Source of the DNA: Azolla caroliniana
Lineage: Eukaryota > Plantae > Polypodiophyta
DNA: 64,000 bases
Direction of reading: 5' to 3'
Assembly: GCA_043228905.1 (NCBI GenBank)
Contig: JBHGNT010000158.1
Location: 70 to 64,069, forward strand
Shown here: positions 37,371 through 50,891 of the stretch, in pieces
Layout of the letters: each line of letters begins with the position of its first letter
Numbering within the stretch: position 1 is the stretch's first letter
Made by a program: the position numbers and the translations under genes
The notes under the pieces: model-generated
Databases searched by the model: none
The model's input: only the letters and a program-made list of their open reading frames with translations
Told to the model about the DNA's origin: nothing

Positions 37371-38816
37371 CTCACCCCCCTCCCCCAACACACACATAAT
37401 AGTCACATCATTATTACAAATTTTACTTGAGGATGAACAATCTCAGCCAATATCGGAGGTCTCCTGCAAAAGAATGTTCCGATCGAGTCACATTCCCCCT
37501 CCCCTATCGGGCAACAGAATGTTTTGATCATCGTTTTTACTTGTGTATCATCGAATCGAGGCACATTGGCTCGCAGCGCAAGAACAATTTCTTAAAAGAA
37601 ACACTGGGGATTAGGGGTTTCTCACCTTTAGGTTGTGTAATACTAATTTTTTATTTGTAATACATTGGTATAATACTAATTTTTTTGTTTCGTAAGTTAA
37701 TTTTTGTTCGCTATGTGAGTATGTTATTACGATTTGTTCCATGAGTGTCGATTGACGGAAGTTGATCATCACAATCCCAAGATAACAATCAACAGTAAAA
37801 CATTGCAAAACTATGTGGTACTAGCTAGGACCTGCCAACTTGTTTGGGGGAAAAACATGCATAATCTCTGAGTCTCTTGTGGTTTGAGTATTTTATATTT
37901 ATCTTGTGTCCTTTTCTCAAGGCTGGTCATTGTGGTTAAGCACCCTTAATGCACTCTTCTCCTTATTCTCTTATTTTTCCCTTTGCCATTAGTTCGATCT
38001 AGAATATAACAGGTAAGGGTGAGGGAAATAACATTAGCCAGACGGAGGCAAGCTGAGTTGACATACCATGGCTCAAGCCGCCACATTGTGGACTCCTATT
38101 AGGAACCTAATGAAAAGAGTTTTTCAATCTTAAGCATGTATTCCACAACCCTCTCCATGCCAATGATTTCGATAAGAGCCAATATTTAGTTTCAAGAAGT
38201 AGGATGATATATGACATTTGCATGTTAGCTTGGATCTTCATAAGAAAACATACATTTTTAAACTTATTATTATAAGTGAGCTTGGTGATCCACCTCCCCA
38301 TATTTTAAACCTAGTATAGAGATGAGCATTGGTGGCACCAAAATTTCAAAGAGGTTGTCGTGATGGACCAAGAACATCTTCGGTAGGCCTGTACATTGGC
38401 TCGGGATGGTTCGGGATGGTGTAAAACTACCATAGGCAATTGCAATAACGCTTGACATGGGAGAAATGCCCTTGGACAAAGGGGCAAAAGTAGGCCAATT
38501 GGGGAATGGTCATCCAATGAATTGAGAGGAATGATGAGTCCCTTACTCGACCCATGGTCACTAGTACAGAAGGGTCGACAAAATATTGTAACAAACCAAC
38601 AAAACAATGCATTAATTTGACTTGCACATACGAATCCATGAGATGAGAACACACTTTTAAAACGTAGTACTCGAGCAACAATTAGCAAAATAATAAAATT
38701 GTGGTTGGATGGATTGAAGGGCAACATGATCATGAGATCACAACAAAGTTGTGCTCTGATTTGTTCTCTTCCTGTTAAGACCTCCAAGGCTTACTAGTAC
38801 TCTGAAGTGCTATAGG

Positions 38817-40700
38817 CTAGGCAGCATTACTGAGTGGAAGCAGCTGAAACCATTGTGCAGTTGGGTTGTCCACACAAACTTTAGCACTACTACCCTGACT
38901 ATCAATTCCATGGCCATAATTAGGGCTCAGGTCTTGGCTACAGACGCAGGGGCGGGTGACAATGTCCGGGGCGGCGCCTCCATCCAGACAGAGCAGCGTA
39001 CCCCCGAACCGAGTGGCGAATTGCATGCTCTCGGTCGAGTTGTGCAGCCAGGTAGTGACATTGTTGGAAATGGCTATGGCTTCTTCTGTGAGCTGCCCAC
39101 TGGTTCTAATCGTGCTCTCCAGCACCACCGGGAGCCCGTCTCCCCGTGCCGAGATCCACCAAATCAATCCGCCGCCATCTTCCGCTTCCATCCGCGGCGG
39201 CGGCGCCGCCAAAGAGATGTAGCCGCCTCTGCCGCCGGAAGAGGAGGAGGAGGAGGAGGAGAACGGCGTGAAATTCCACTCGGAAACCTCGTGTTGCTGC
39301 GGTTGTCCGGAACTGGCCGTGCAGTCGTGGAGGAAGAGACCGCGGGCGGGCGCGATCTTGGCGTGAACACAGAGGCCCGTGGCGGCATTGAACAGGAGGA
39401 ATCTGGGCGGCGCGGATCCAGAATCGCCGCCGCCATTGGAGGAGGAGGAGGATGTGAGGAGAGGCCTTTGGAGGGCCTGCAGGCGGCGGAGCAGCGAAGC
39501 ATTCCGAGGCGCATCCCAGCCATGGTTGAAGAGGCCGAACATCTCATCGGCATCCAGGACGCCTTCGCGGAGGTAGTAGCTTCCCTGCAGAGCCCAGACG
39601 GCCCAGTCGAGGTCTCCGGCCGCCAGGATCGAGAAGAAGCAAGGCAAGAATCGGGCGTCGCTGCCGCTCGTGCCCCTCTCGTTCACGCCGAACTCGCTCA
39701 CGAACAGCGGCCCCGTGAAGCTGCGGGTGGGCTGCCGTAGGAACCCGGCGGCGCTCTGGATCTGCGCCGTGATCGTGGCGCACTTCCTGTTCACGTCCGT
39801 GTTGAGGTAGGAGTCACCGTTGGTGAAGGAGTAGCGATGGATCTCGTACACGAACTTGTGGCGGAGGCCGGGGCTCTCGGAGAGGGATCTGTTGGCCAAG
39901 AAGCGGAGGTTTTGGTCGTAGCTGAGGCCGCCGTGGATGACCAGGAGGCGGGGATTGGCGGCGTGGATGGCGTCGGCGCCCAACTGCATGTACCGGTACC
40001 AGTCGGCGGCGTTTTGGCGGTGGCCGCGCAGCTCGTTGCGGAGGCTCATGGCGACCACGTGAGGGGAGGCGCGGAAGCGATGGGCGACGGCGGAGAGGGC
40101 GGCGAGCCATTCGTGGGGGTCGAAGAAACGGTCGCCCCAGAAGCCGTTGCCGTCGTCTTGGGCGCAGCACCAGCCGGGGAGGGAGAGCTGGTTGTCGAGG
40201 ATGAGGAGGAGGCCATGGCGGGCGAGCTCGGAGGCGACGGCGGAGAAGGCGTCGGTGGTGGAGAGGTGGAGGAGGTGGGGGTTGTGGGCGCGGAGGCCGG
40301 CGAGGGCGTGGTGGAGGCGGAGGGAGGAGAAGGTGGCGGCGACGGAGGGGTTGGAGAGGGAGGCGTTGGTGAACATGGAGGTGGCGTAGGTGAGGCGGAC
40401 GCAGTTGAAGCCCCAGCGGGCGATGGTGGCGGCGATGGCGGCGAGGGGACGTCTGTGGAGGCCTTCCGCCAGCATGGGCGGCAGGTGGGAGGCCCAGTTC
40501 ACGCACGCCAGCTTCACGCGCCGCCCGGTGGCACTATCCACGATCCAGTGGCCGCGGGTGGACAGCACCGGCGCCGCCGGTGGAGGCGGCGGCGATGCCA
40601 CGGAGGTGGCGCAACTCGCATGAAGAAGAAAAGGAAGAAGAAGAAGGAGGAGGAGGAGGAGGAGGAGGTTATTCCTATTATGGTAAGGCGAAGCAGCCAT
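38817..40700 (-). CDS. Glycoside hydrolase family 5 (plant GH5_11-like) with C-terminal Cys-rich/ricin-like module, intronless
   Basis: Signal peptide, then LSTRGHWIVD..GRRVKLACVNWASHL..MLAEGL, GFNCVRLT, LDNQLS.PGWCC, SLRNELRG (acid/base Glu), FVSEFG (nucleophile Glu) and DWAVWALQGSYYLREG. Likely ATG at 40700. Confidence 0.92.
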   Translation of the reverse strand: MAASPYHNRNNLLLLLLLLLLLPFLLHASCATSVASPPPPPAAPVLSTRGHWIVDSATGRRVKLACVNWASHLPPMLAEGLHRRPLAAIAATIARWGFNCVRLTYATSMFTNASLSNPSVAATFSSLRLHHALAGLRAHNPHLLHLSTTDAFSAVASELARHGLLLILDNQLSLPGWCCAQDDGNGFWGDRFFDPHEWLAALSAVAHRFRASPHVVAMSLRNELRGHRQNAADWYRYMQLGADAIHAANPRLLVIHGGLSYDQNLRFLANRSLSESPGLRHKFVYEIHRYSFTNGDSYLNTDVNRKCATITAQIQSAAGFLRQPTRSFTGPLFVSEFGVNERGTSGSDARFLPCFFSILAAGDLDWAVWALQGSYYLREGVLDADEMFGLFNHGWDAPRNASLLRRLQALQRPLLTSSSSSNGGGDSGSAPPRFLLFNAATGLCVHAKIAPARGLFLHDCTASSGQPQQHEVSEWNFTPFSSSSSSSSGGRGGYISLAAPPPRMEAEDGGGLIWWISARGDGLPVVLESTIRTSGQLTEEAIAISNNVTTWLHNSTESMQFATRFGGTLLCLDGGAAPDIVTRPCVCSQDLSPNYGHGIDSQGSSAKVCVDNPTAQWFQLLPLSNAA

Positions 40701-42379
40701 TTTGGGAGGGAGGATTACTATATTTAGGGCAACCATGTTTTGAGTAAATTTATTAGTGAGTGTGAGGAGAGAAAGGTCTACGGTTCGAATCCTCAAACTT
40801 TTCACCAAACCCTCCTAACACCCCCCTTTACTAATCCACACACACACACACACACACACTATTACATCTGCATTCCTTTTTCTTGACCAATTTATAAGCT
40901 CTTTAATGTCCTCCCTAATCCAAACACGCACACATGCGCACATATTCATCCCCAATCCTCACTTGTATCGAACAACTAGCTCTCTCTCTCTCTCTCATGG
41001 GCCAAATTTGGCCTTAGAAGACGTTAATATATCTTTCTTTCTTTCTTCTTTCTCTCTCTCACTTGCACACACACATCTCCTTTGCCACCCCTCGACTCAT
41101 TCCTCCCTTCACACGACACGCCAATGTAGCATAAGTAAAACATATAGATAAAGAGTCCCCTTCTGGCCTTGCCTCTCTTTTTTTACTTCACGGTTCCCAA
41201 ATCAGGGGTAACATGCCGTCTCAAAACACGAGAACAACCCCCACGAGCCTTCTTGTGTGACACATTGCTTGCTTGGGAAGAAGAACAATAACAAAACTGT
41301 CACGGTTTCGATTACGTCGCATACGATACAAACCCCCGGATAATGTTGGTGGGGCTACACTAAATTTCAAGGAGCCTTCGTCATGCATAAATGCACCATC
41401 CCCCGAATGTAGCTTTCAAAATATAATCATGTGATTGAAGTGATTAAAACTGGTCGCTCACAATTTTACCATGTTCTTTTGGAACGAAACTCGTTGTTCA
41501 GGCATTTCTGTCTTCAAATGAAGCCTTTCTATTTCTTTCAAAGGCTATATAAGAATGGAGATCTAATACCTCAAACTCTACGTTAAAGATTGAATTCTGT
41601 ATATTGATGCCTTTAAGCAACTTAGAGAATTATGAGGGGCCTTGCCTAAACTTGTTGCTGATTGAATGTAAAGTTTCATGTGAAGCATTACCTTGGGCTT
41701 CAAATCAAAGCCTTATGCCAAGGTGCTTCGTCACAAAGAGTTAGGACGGGCCCTTCGATTGAAAAGAAAAGGAAACAACTCATTCCTTCAAATACTTGGG
41801 GTGGGTGAAATCTTCTTTGAGAGGAATCCTCCAGTCTCCTCTAGGTTTTGGAGTTGAAGCAATATTTTTTAGAAAATGTTATTGTGTTGTTTCTAAGTAC
41901 TAGTCATTGATGCATACATACACTTATGAGACATGTAAGTTTAAAAATTGTGGCCACCCTAGCTATCCTTTGTGTGTTCAGAAGCAACTCTACAAAAGAA
42001 CAATAATTTTGGAAGGAATTAAAGACAACATGCTTTTGTACTAAGAGGCTTAACTCCCAATAAAGAATGCAATGTTTAGAAGAAACTAAAAAACCTAGTT
42101 ATGTTGTGTTTAGAAGCATCATCAATAGTAAGAAATATTAATTTGTATAAGGAATTTAGGGAAAAATAACATGTGAAGAAATACTGATTTGTAAAAGGAA
42201 TCTAGAGAAAAATAAGATGTGGATGTTAGAAGTATTACTACCAAACAAGTCTAATTGTAGAGAGGGCGGGAGAGAGTAGATTAGATATTTTATCCTCCAT
42301 GATGAGGCCAAATTTGACCAAATGGAACCAAATCAACATGTCATCTTGACCTGTGGCCCCTCCCTAGAAGTGGTGGTTA

Positions 42380-42620
42380 CTACTATGTAGTAAAAACTCT
42401 CAATTTGAAAATAATGCACACACATATGTGCTCACCCTTCTGGATGGAAATTTGAGTATGAGATTCACATTATCATATGCCCATCTAACAAGTCATCATA
42501 TTTCTCGCCAATTACCTTATACGTTGAGCATGCAATACGTAAGTGATATTCATCCTTCACTAGGTTTTCTTTGCATACCGTGCATATATCTTCATGTTTC
42601 CGTGATGATGCCATGATGCT
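42380..42620 (-). mobile_element. 3' remnant of a non-LTR retrotransposon
   Basis: ICTVCKENLVKDEYHLRIAC...KY, a C-x2-C...H-x4-C motif of the kind found at LINE ORF2 C-termini. Confidence 0.5.
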
Positions 42621-45600
42621 AGAGAGGGAGAGGGGGAGGGTTCCAACTTGCAATTAGCAATATAAAGGACAAATGTTCAAAGACAGATAAAGTTGATACA
42701 TATGAGAAGGTCAAGCATTCAACCCCTATGTTTTGTAGAGGCATATAACAAAGTTAATAAAACCTTAACTTTGTGAAAACTAAACTATAAAATGCAGAGG
42801 AAGACATGGACAATAAGTTTTATAGATGTTCGCGGAATGAGGCATCACAAAGAACATGCCCTCACTTGCAGTTCAACAACCTTATGTATAACATGTATCA
42901 TCCCTCTATTCAAAAGGGATTGAATGAACTAAACTCCTTTCTAATAAGATACATTTGTAAAAAACATTTCTTTGCTTTCCCTTCTATAAGTTTACTTCAC
43001 ATAAATTGTCATATATTGAACTTAATTCGCTATGAATAATAACTCTTTTTTATGTGTTTCTAATCAGGATATATAAACTTAGCTTTGTTGATATCTATCA
43101 TGTATTAATTGAGCTGTTATAAATACAATTACTAGAAACTGATGTCTTCCTAAAAAACCACGTGTATTTATCCGATGTTGTAGGTGGCGGATTTATCAGC
43201 CACCACGTTGGTTGTTCCCTCCGAGTGTACCTAACATATAGATGGGTGTTGCCACGTGAAGAGATTGGAGGATGTCTATGCTGAATTTGAGTTTTATGAG
43301 GCTCACGTTGAGGGTATGCGGCCGAGTAATTCTATGCTCGGCAGATGATGTGGTGATTAGGGGTTTTTTGTTGATTCCTTTATACATGTTGTTTTCTTTT
43401 TCGCCATGCAAGTTGGCTTGTAAGATGTATATTATAATACGTACATACATTGTCTTAACTAATGGAAGTAGTTTTTTTTGGACAAAGAAAAGCCCACATG
43501 TGTTAGATCTCAATATGCCCATAATATACATATAGGTCTAACAATTGAACTCAAATAGCTTCATTTCATCCTTTTCTCAACATAATATCGAACAAGACCA
43601 CACCATGTAAGACAAAAAAGAATCATAGGTTATCCTACTATTGTTTTGAATTCACTTCCCTTAGAGAAAGGCATATAAATTTACATTTCTTTGACTTCAT
43701 CCATTTCGTAGCATCACAACATTGTTTTAGAACTTAATATGCAAAGCTATGATAATTGTTTAATTGTTGTATCCTCAATGGATGCAAGGCCTTTTCGTTT
43801 GGAATATCAAGTTAATATGCATTCCTTACTACAAATATTTTGGGTTATCAAAGATATCTACATGCATAAGCAAAAGGAGATTACTATCACATTATGAAAT
43901 ATTGCTCCTTAGACCATGAGTGATCCAAGCCTCAAGGTGAGGATGGCATTAGCTTGCAATATATCGAAACTGAATTCTAAAGTTGGTCAAAGCAATCTCT
44001 CACTTGTAAGGGGGCTTGAAAGTCTGATAATACAATGGAAAATGCGCCTAACTCATTAAAGATTCTTGACCTCAATGCAACAACACAACCAACAATAGAA
44101 GCTATGGCTATGAATCAATTGATTTCATTACAACACACCATTAACAATCTAGGGGAAGAGTTGCAAGAATTCATGATAGAAAATGGAAAATTCAAGGTTT
44201 TTGCTTGAGATGCAATCCACACAACTCACACAACATAAGAACGAGGTGAAACAATGTAAGCAAGCATGTGTGGGCGTAAATAGAATACTCATTGAAAGAG
44301 GATAAGTAAAATGAAGAATGTAAGCCCCGTAACATCATGGGCTAATGTATGCATAAGACAAATTTGTCATCTTTTTATCACCCCATTATGCAAACACAAA
44401 TTGAAATCAAAGGTGAGAAAATCCGAGCACATTGTCATTGACAAGATCCAAGAGGAGAATATGCGAACACCTACGTCACTTAGAAATGCCATTGGGGAAT
44501 TCTTATACATGCTATGACATGCCAAGAGTGAATGTTTATGGGGCACATTAGAGTCCAGAAACAAGGTGCTTGTCACTCAAGAAAAAGGCCTATTGTATGC
44601 ACAATGGTTGACAAAACAAAGAGAGATAGAAATTATTTGGATCTACCTAAAAGGTACACAATGCATCATGTTAAAGGACATAACCTTCTCTCTTTTTGTC
44701 TCTCTCATCCACTCTAACCACATTGACAGCTAGCTATCGTGACACATTCACATTATAATACCCACGCAATGACAATGGTAATAATGTACAAAGAACCTAC
44801 ACCAAAGTTAGTGACACCTAACCTTGAGCAAAACTGAAAAACGTTTGCACAAAACAGGAAACTAAAGAGAATGAAATCATTGATTTGAGGAAGAATACAA
44901 TATTAAGAGCATAGGGATGATTCACAAAAATATTATATTGTTATCCCCTCTTCGGCACATTTTGTTTGAATGATCAACCCATTGAACTATGCATGATGTT
45001 GATTTCTATATATTTTAAAATTCCACTTGTAAGTAGAGGGAGGGGGGTTCCAATTTCACAACTATCTGTTTCTTTTAGTTAGTGTTTAGGGTGTAAGAGT
45101 TCTGAAAGTATAGACTCGTTAACAGGATTGTCATGGAATACGTTTCCTTTCCACGAGGGCCAGCAAGAGTTAGCAGCCATGAAACTGTTTTCTTTCCAGT
45201 GAGTTCAGTTGAATTTCATGATAATCTAATCCAGCTGTTAGGTTGGTATGCTTAAAAAACAATATCATTTTACACGAACCAAGTAATCATAATTTTCACC
45301 GATTAAACTAAACTATATATATCTGTAATTGAATCATCACTTTCAACAAAAGGTTTGCCATATATATACATACATATATATAGATAAATATTGTTCAAGT
45401 TCCAAACTAAAATAAAACAACAGAACAAACAATACCTTCTTCAGAGACATGCTTAAAATTATCCTCATTCAGGTAGGTTTATGTACATGCTTCTATTTTA
45501 CATCGGTGCACATCAAGTGCCTTGTTCTGAAATAATAATAGGATTTATACCCAGCCATGTAGCATATGATCTACGCAATCACACTAACATATCCAGACCT

Positions 45601-45691
45601 GTATGGTACTCACCTGAATTGAGGTATTTGTATAGTTATGAGCAGCCAGTGTACAATATGAATAAACTGAATGTGGAATCAAAGTTTATTA

Positions 45692-47861
45692 TTATTTGGC
45701 ATATTTTGGAGCTGGATAAGGTGGAAGCCCTGTGATCCTCCTGTCCTCCACAGGAGCACCAACTGTAAAATGATACAGGCTCTGGAACTCCTTTCCCGTC
45801 AATCCAAGAATATCATGAACTGCAGAATCATAAGAGAACACATACTGTTTACACACAGAAGAAACCAGAAAATGAGAAGCACACAATTGCATATGTGAGA
45901 AGAAGACAAGACACCTGGATCATCAAAATAACATCCTATGCCTGTGGCAGCAATGCCGACGGCATGAGCCTCGAGGTATAGCAGCTGTCCAAGTACTCCA
46001 CACTCCCAAAACAACCGAGGATACATCCATGCGCCCCTGTCGTTCAATACCTCAAACCTTGCTATCATCCCCAGACTAAAGCAACCGAAGGCTGCTATTT
46101 CCTGGGAGTTATGACTTATGTTAGAACCATTCACTTCAAAATGTGCGACGGCAAAGATATTCATTACATAAAGACGGGCAAAACCACGACAAAGACCTGA
46201 TGGCATGAAAGTTGCATTGCTAGGTTCTCGCAATTGCCTTCAACCAGTTGATAAAGAGGCAAATTCTCTGGGCATCCATCAGGTTTCTCCCACATGAAGT
46301 CATGCCTTAGTGACTTCCTGATCTTTGGCTCATGTTCTGAGTTTCTAACAAGGATATATAAACCTTTGGAAAGATCCTTTACTTTATGCACAAAGATGGC
46401 CATGTGTACCTCTGCCTTCCAAGGTAGGATCCTGAATGGAATCTGTGCAGTTTCTCCCTGAAGTTTCTCGTTAGGACCAGATGGCAATGTCTTCAACATG
46501 ATCTGATAGAAAGCTTCGGCAGACATGACATGCGTTTCATCCATATTTACTGCACTACGTCTCTTAATAATAACATGGCGCAGAGTGTGAGATGGCTTGT
46601 AGATACCATTAAATAATCCTGTTTGTGGTGGTATGACCTTTGTAGACACAAGAGAGGGTGCTGTAGCTTTCTTCGCAGCTGAGGCAGCATTGTCGATGAT
46701 ATCCCACCACATGTGGTCTTTGCTCAGACGATTAGGCTGCCCAGCCCATGTAACTTGGGACATTCTGGGGCCAAGGGTTTGCACAAGAGGCAGAGATGGG
46801 ATGATGGCATTCCTTATCCCACAATGTCCAGATTCTGTGGTGATAGGAAAACAAGCAACCAAGCAGTCCGCATGCTCTTGTTCAAGCTGAGGATATGTCC
46901 CTTTTCTAGGCGAGCCCTTTGGGATGGTTTCACGCTCATAGACTCCGAGTATGCGATCAAGGTCTTCATTGCCCCACCCATCCAAGAGTATAGCATCCCA
47001 TCCGAGCCCAGCTCCAGCCATGGAGATTGCCCCAAGGGCGTGGCCTATGTCATGGTTACAGTACCTGAAAGCCCTTTCCCCATATTTCCAAGACTCTCGC
47101 CAGAATATGGATGTCAATCCGAGGAACAACACACCATCAGGGAGGTCTTTGCTCATGTCCACCCACAGATGGTCTGGAATCTCACATCTGATCTCGAGGG
47201 CATGCTCTCTAGGGTAATAATGGGCAATAAAGGGCTTGTCAGATATACCTGTAATGGCGCTTCCGATAAGATATACTTCGGTTGGATGCAGATTTCCACT
47301 GCTAGGGTTCACCCGCAGAGACCACGTTGACATCCCCGCTTTCTTCCATGCTGAAAGGGAGAAACTGTCGTAGAGAAGTCGGGAAATGGTCTCTTTTGAA
47401 GGAGGGGAAGCGTTCCCTTGGAAGTTGGAGAATGCATCAGAATAGGGCATATCCTCAGAGCCGTGGTTTTCCGGAGGGAAATGAAGCAGAGGAACCCTCT
47501 GAGCTCCATCATAGTGCCGAAATGGGGCTGGCTGATTCGCCCAGTCGAGACCATGGGGGCCATCTGCATATTTGCGAAAGGAATGCTTCGTCTTGTCGTG
47601 GTAGAATTTTAGGGTTTCGATGGCGGGGGCGTGCAGGGGAGGAGGATCCAGAAGAGGGGCCTGGGGGTGTGCGGAATTGGAGAGGCTGCAAGAGAAGGGA
47701 GAGATGGAGGAAGAGAAAGAAGAAGCCATAGCAGAAGCAGAAGCAGCCCTCTGCGGATTGATGGTATGCAAGAGGAGGAGATGGCGATGGTGATGGTGGT
47801 GCAACAGAGTAGGGGTCTTCCTGCCACTATGGCCGAAAGTCTTCAGAAGCTGCACAACCAT
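45692..47861 (-). CDS. SagB-type nitroreductase family protein, 3 exons, probable transit peptide
   Basis: Exons 47861-46197, 46101-45915, 45819-45692. Motifs YHDKTKHSF...GPHGLDWANQP, WSLRVNPSSGNLHPTEVY, RESWKYGERAFRYCNHD, LSCHQ|EIA, LYLEAHAVG..ATGIGCYFDDP|VHD and QSLYHFTVG. Confidence 0.92.
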
Positions 47862-48329
47862 CTCTCATCACATTCTCTCTCTTTCAGAAAGAAGAAGAAG
47901 AAGAAGAAAGGATACTAATGGTATGAAGTATGTATGAAAGAGGCGAGAGATTTCGGTTTCGAACCCACGACGTGTTGCTTCCGGTACACAAGTATATTGA
48001 GGGAGAGTGGGGATCCAAATCCAATTTGATAATGTGAAAAGGCCCATTGGAACTAACATGGAGGAATGAATGAATGGTTTAGCCATAAAGTGTCCACGAC
48101 GGACATCAAGTGAGCGTGTTGCCCGTCACAACGTGTATGTGTCTCTCTCTCTCTCTCTCTCGGCTTACATCCATACCATGCCATCCATCGCCTCTCTTCT
48201 ACTCTTGCTTTGAAACATATCAATTCTCTCGCTCAAAGAATAACCAATCTTCCGCCATTTGCCGACACCCCCAAGGCTTTATCTCCTCCAAGTTAGCAGT
48301 CAGAATTGAACTCTGAAATTGCGTCTTAA

Positions 48330-48990
48330 CGGCTTAACGGTTCTGTTCGGGTTCATGTTTTTGTAAATGGTTTGGTTTCGGCTTGGGCATTTAATGATTC
48401 AGTTCGGGTTCATGTTTTTGTAAACGGTTTGGTTTCGGCTTGGGCATTTAATGATTCAATTTGGGTTCAGGTTTTTATAAACGGTTTGGTTTCAGCTTGG
48501 GTGTTTAATGGTTTGGTTCGGTTTCAAGTTTCTCTAAACAATTTGGTTTTCGTTTGGGTAGGTTTTTGTAAACGATTCAGTTTCAATTTCGGTTTTTAAT
48601 GGTTCCGATCAGGTTCAAGTTTTTTGTAAATAGTTCGGTTTCGGTTTGGGGTTTTAATGGTTTAGTTCGAGCCTTTATTGGTTTTCGGTTTAAACAATTT
48701 CAAACCGTGGTTTGAAGGGTTTGATGGTTTAGGATTGGCACTCGATAATTTTCTTGAATATTATTTTTAACATTTTAGGCCTAATTTTGATCTTTTAAGA
48801 AAAACCTTTAAATTTTGAAAATTTAAATTAAAAATATTAGAAAATTTAAAAAAATTTAAATTAAAATGCGAAATTTTGAATTTTGGCCTATAACTTGAAA
48901 ACCAAAACCAAACCACGAAAACCATAATTTTAACGGTTTAAAGGTTTAAAGGTTTTTGAAATCTTTAAAACCATTTGGTTCCAACTTGAA
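48330..48990. mobile_element. AACCG/CGGTT-rich non-autonomous element with about 55-bp internal tandem repeats
   Basis: Repeated gttcgggttcatgtttttgtaaacggtttggtttcggcttggg. Its AT-rich segment is the reverse complement of part of 32985-33335. Confidence 0.65.
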
Positions 48991-49726
48991 TTTTTTGTAA
49001 CTGATGTTTCCGTGAGTCCAATTTCTAAAAATGCAGTCATGAACAAGAGAAAGATTTCTACTATCATGACAGATCAGTGCAAACTGCTGAACTTGTCCCA
49101 AGCTGATGCAATAAATGGAAACAGCCATCTCAAAACTAGCAAGTAATTGCCGGTAATAACATACAAACAGTAGAGCATTTTTTTCAGGTCGTGCGTGTAT
49201 AGATATTCTTTTCTGTTCCATGAACGGCAAAAGTGCCTTAAAATACTTGATGTAGGATTGTACATGAACTGCTTGTGAAGTTTCTCGCATCCTAGTCTTA
49301 GTATCAACCTGTACAAAACTATTTGATCACAATCATGTAATGAAGAATTTATTGGCATACATTCTTGTTGGTGTTGAAGCTGTCTTTATCGTGTTACTGC
49401 TGATGTTGAGAAAATGAGTGTATACCCCCATACTTAACACATGGATTCGATGCCGCCATTCAATACTATGCTAGAAAACAGATTCATAAATAGGAATGAT
49501 TCTGTCTACCCAATGATATCGGTGTGATATGTTTAGGGTTTCGGTTTGCTGTATAATTTCTTGAGCATGATTAGTGTCGGATGCATATTATTAAGGAGAT
49601 ATTTGTAAATCTCTTAAAGGCAAATTTCTTTTTCAAATTCTCAAAAGCTTTGGTTTCTTTTGTAGCTATCCCTTGATTAAGACATTATAATCATTTCACT
49701 CGGGCAACATTAAATTGTATGGTAAG

Positions 49727-49958
49727 ATAATTGGAAAACTTGCTTATACTTCGTGCTTCCTGAGCTGCAGCCACAATATGCTTTACAAATATTTACTGAT
49801 AGCCGAATATCAAGCTAATGTGCTATTTAGCTGAAGGGTAGTAAAATAATTGGAAAACTTGCTTATACTTCGAGCTGCCTGAGGTGCACCCACAACATGC
49901 TTTACAAATATTTACTTATATTCACAATATGCTAATGTGCTATTTAGCTGAAGGGTAT
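49727..49958. repeat. About 120-bp tandem duplication
   Basis: ataattggaaaacttgcttatacttcg...gctttacaaatatttact...gctaatgtgctatttagctgaagggta occurs twice. Confidence 0.88.
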
Positions 49959-50452
49959 TTGGGAAGAATTAATCGATGTAAATTTCTCTCATCAATGGGT
50001 TCTTAAAGAGTATATTTTCAAAATGATAGGGGAAGATAGAAATTTTTGTAGTTATTGTAGTCTTGGACACTTCAAACTTTATTACCCTTCCATTAAGGTT
50101 GCTTTGCCATTTCCATGTTACTATTCTTGCAGTCTTCAATAAAGCAGGGATAGTTTCACTATTCTTTTTCATTGGGCCCTCATTAATGGTGTTTTACCCT
50201 GCTCCTGACTTTGTTTGTATGTCTCTGTACTAAACATGAAGCGCCTATTCTAACTGTCTTCAAATTGATCTCGCCATTCAAGATGCGCCATGGATTTCCC
50301 TTTGCACTATTCCTTGTTTTTCCGTTGACAATATCGCCCCCAGTTATGAAGTGGGGGTTTGACTATCATGATGTCTTATCAAGAGCCCTGAACGAAAAAT
50401 GAATGTTGTGGCCCTTGGTTCATCTCAGGAAGGGAATAGGATGACAGGTCCT

Positions 50453-50826
50453 GTGGGAATTGCATTTTTAAATGTTGCAGTGGTTCACGCACCATATTTA
50501 ACTCAAACAGCTGGCATTAATCTCCTGGTTCCCATATGTATAATGACTTCCACATGAATTTCAGGGACACGCTGCAGCAGAACAATGTCTCCTCACCTTG
50601 CCTTGAATGGCATCCATTCCACTTCCATTAGATGAGAGGTCTTATGGGAACTGCATTTTTAAACATTGCGGTGGTTCTCGCACCACATTTAACTCAAACA
50701 GCTGGCATTACTCTTCAGGAAATCCGCAGGTAGTTCCCGTATGTATAATGATCTCCATGTGAATTTGAGGGAAGTGCCGTAGCAGAGCAATGTCACCTCA
50801 TCTCACATTGGAGTGCTTCCATTCCA
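50453..50826. repeat. About 190-bp diverged tandem duplication 3' of the first PPR gene
   Basis: tgggaa.tgcatttttaaa...tttaactcaaacagctggcatta...caatgtc.cctca...ccattcca occurs twice. Confidence 0.8.
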
Positions 50827-50891
50827 GTTCTGGAGTTCACTATCCATATGGCATGATGCAATTGTGCAACCTGTTCTGTACCAAGCTAAGA

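Noticed and set aside
38107-38787. Cluster of minus-strand ORFs downstream of GH5
   Set aside because: No recognisable motifs or consistent splice pattern.
38853-40727. ORFs of 230-296 aa overlapping GH5 in other frames
   Set aside because: Shadow ORFs caused by high GC content.
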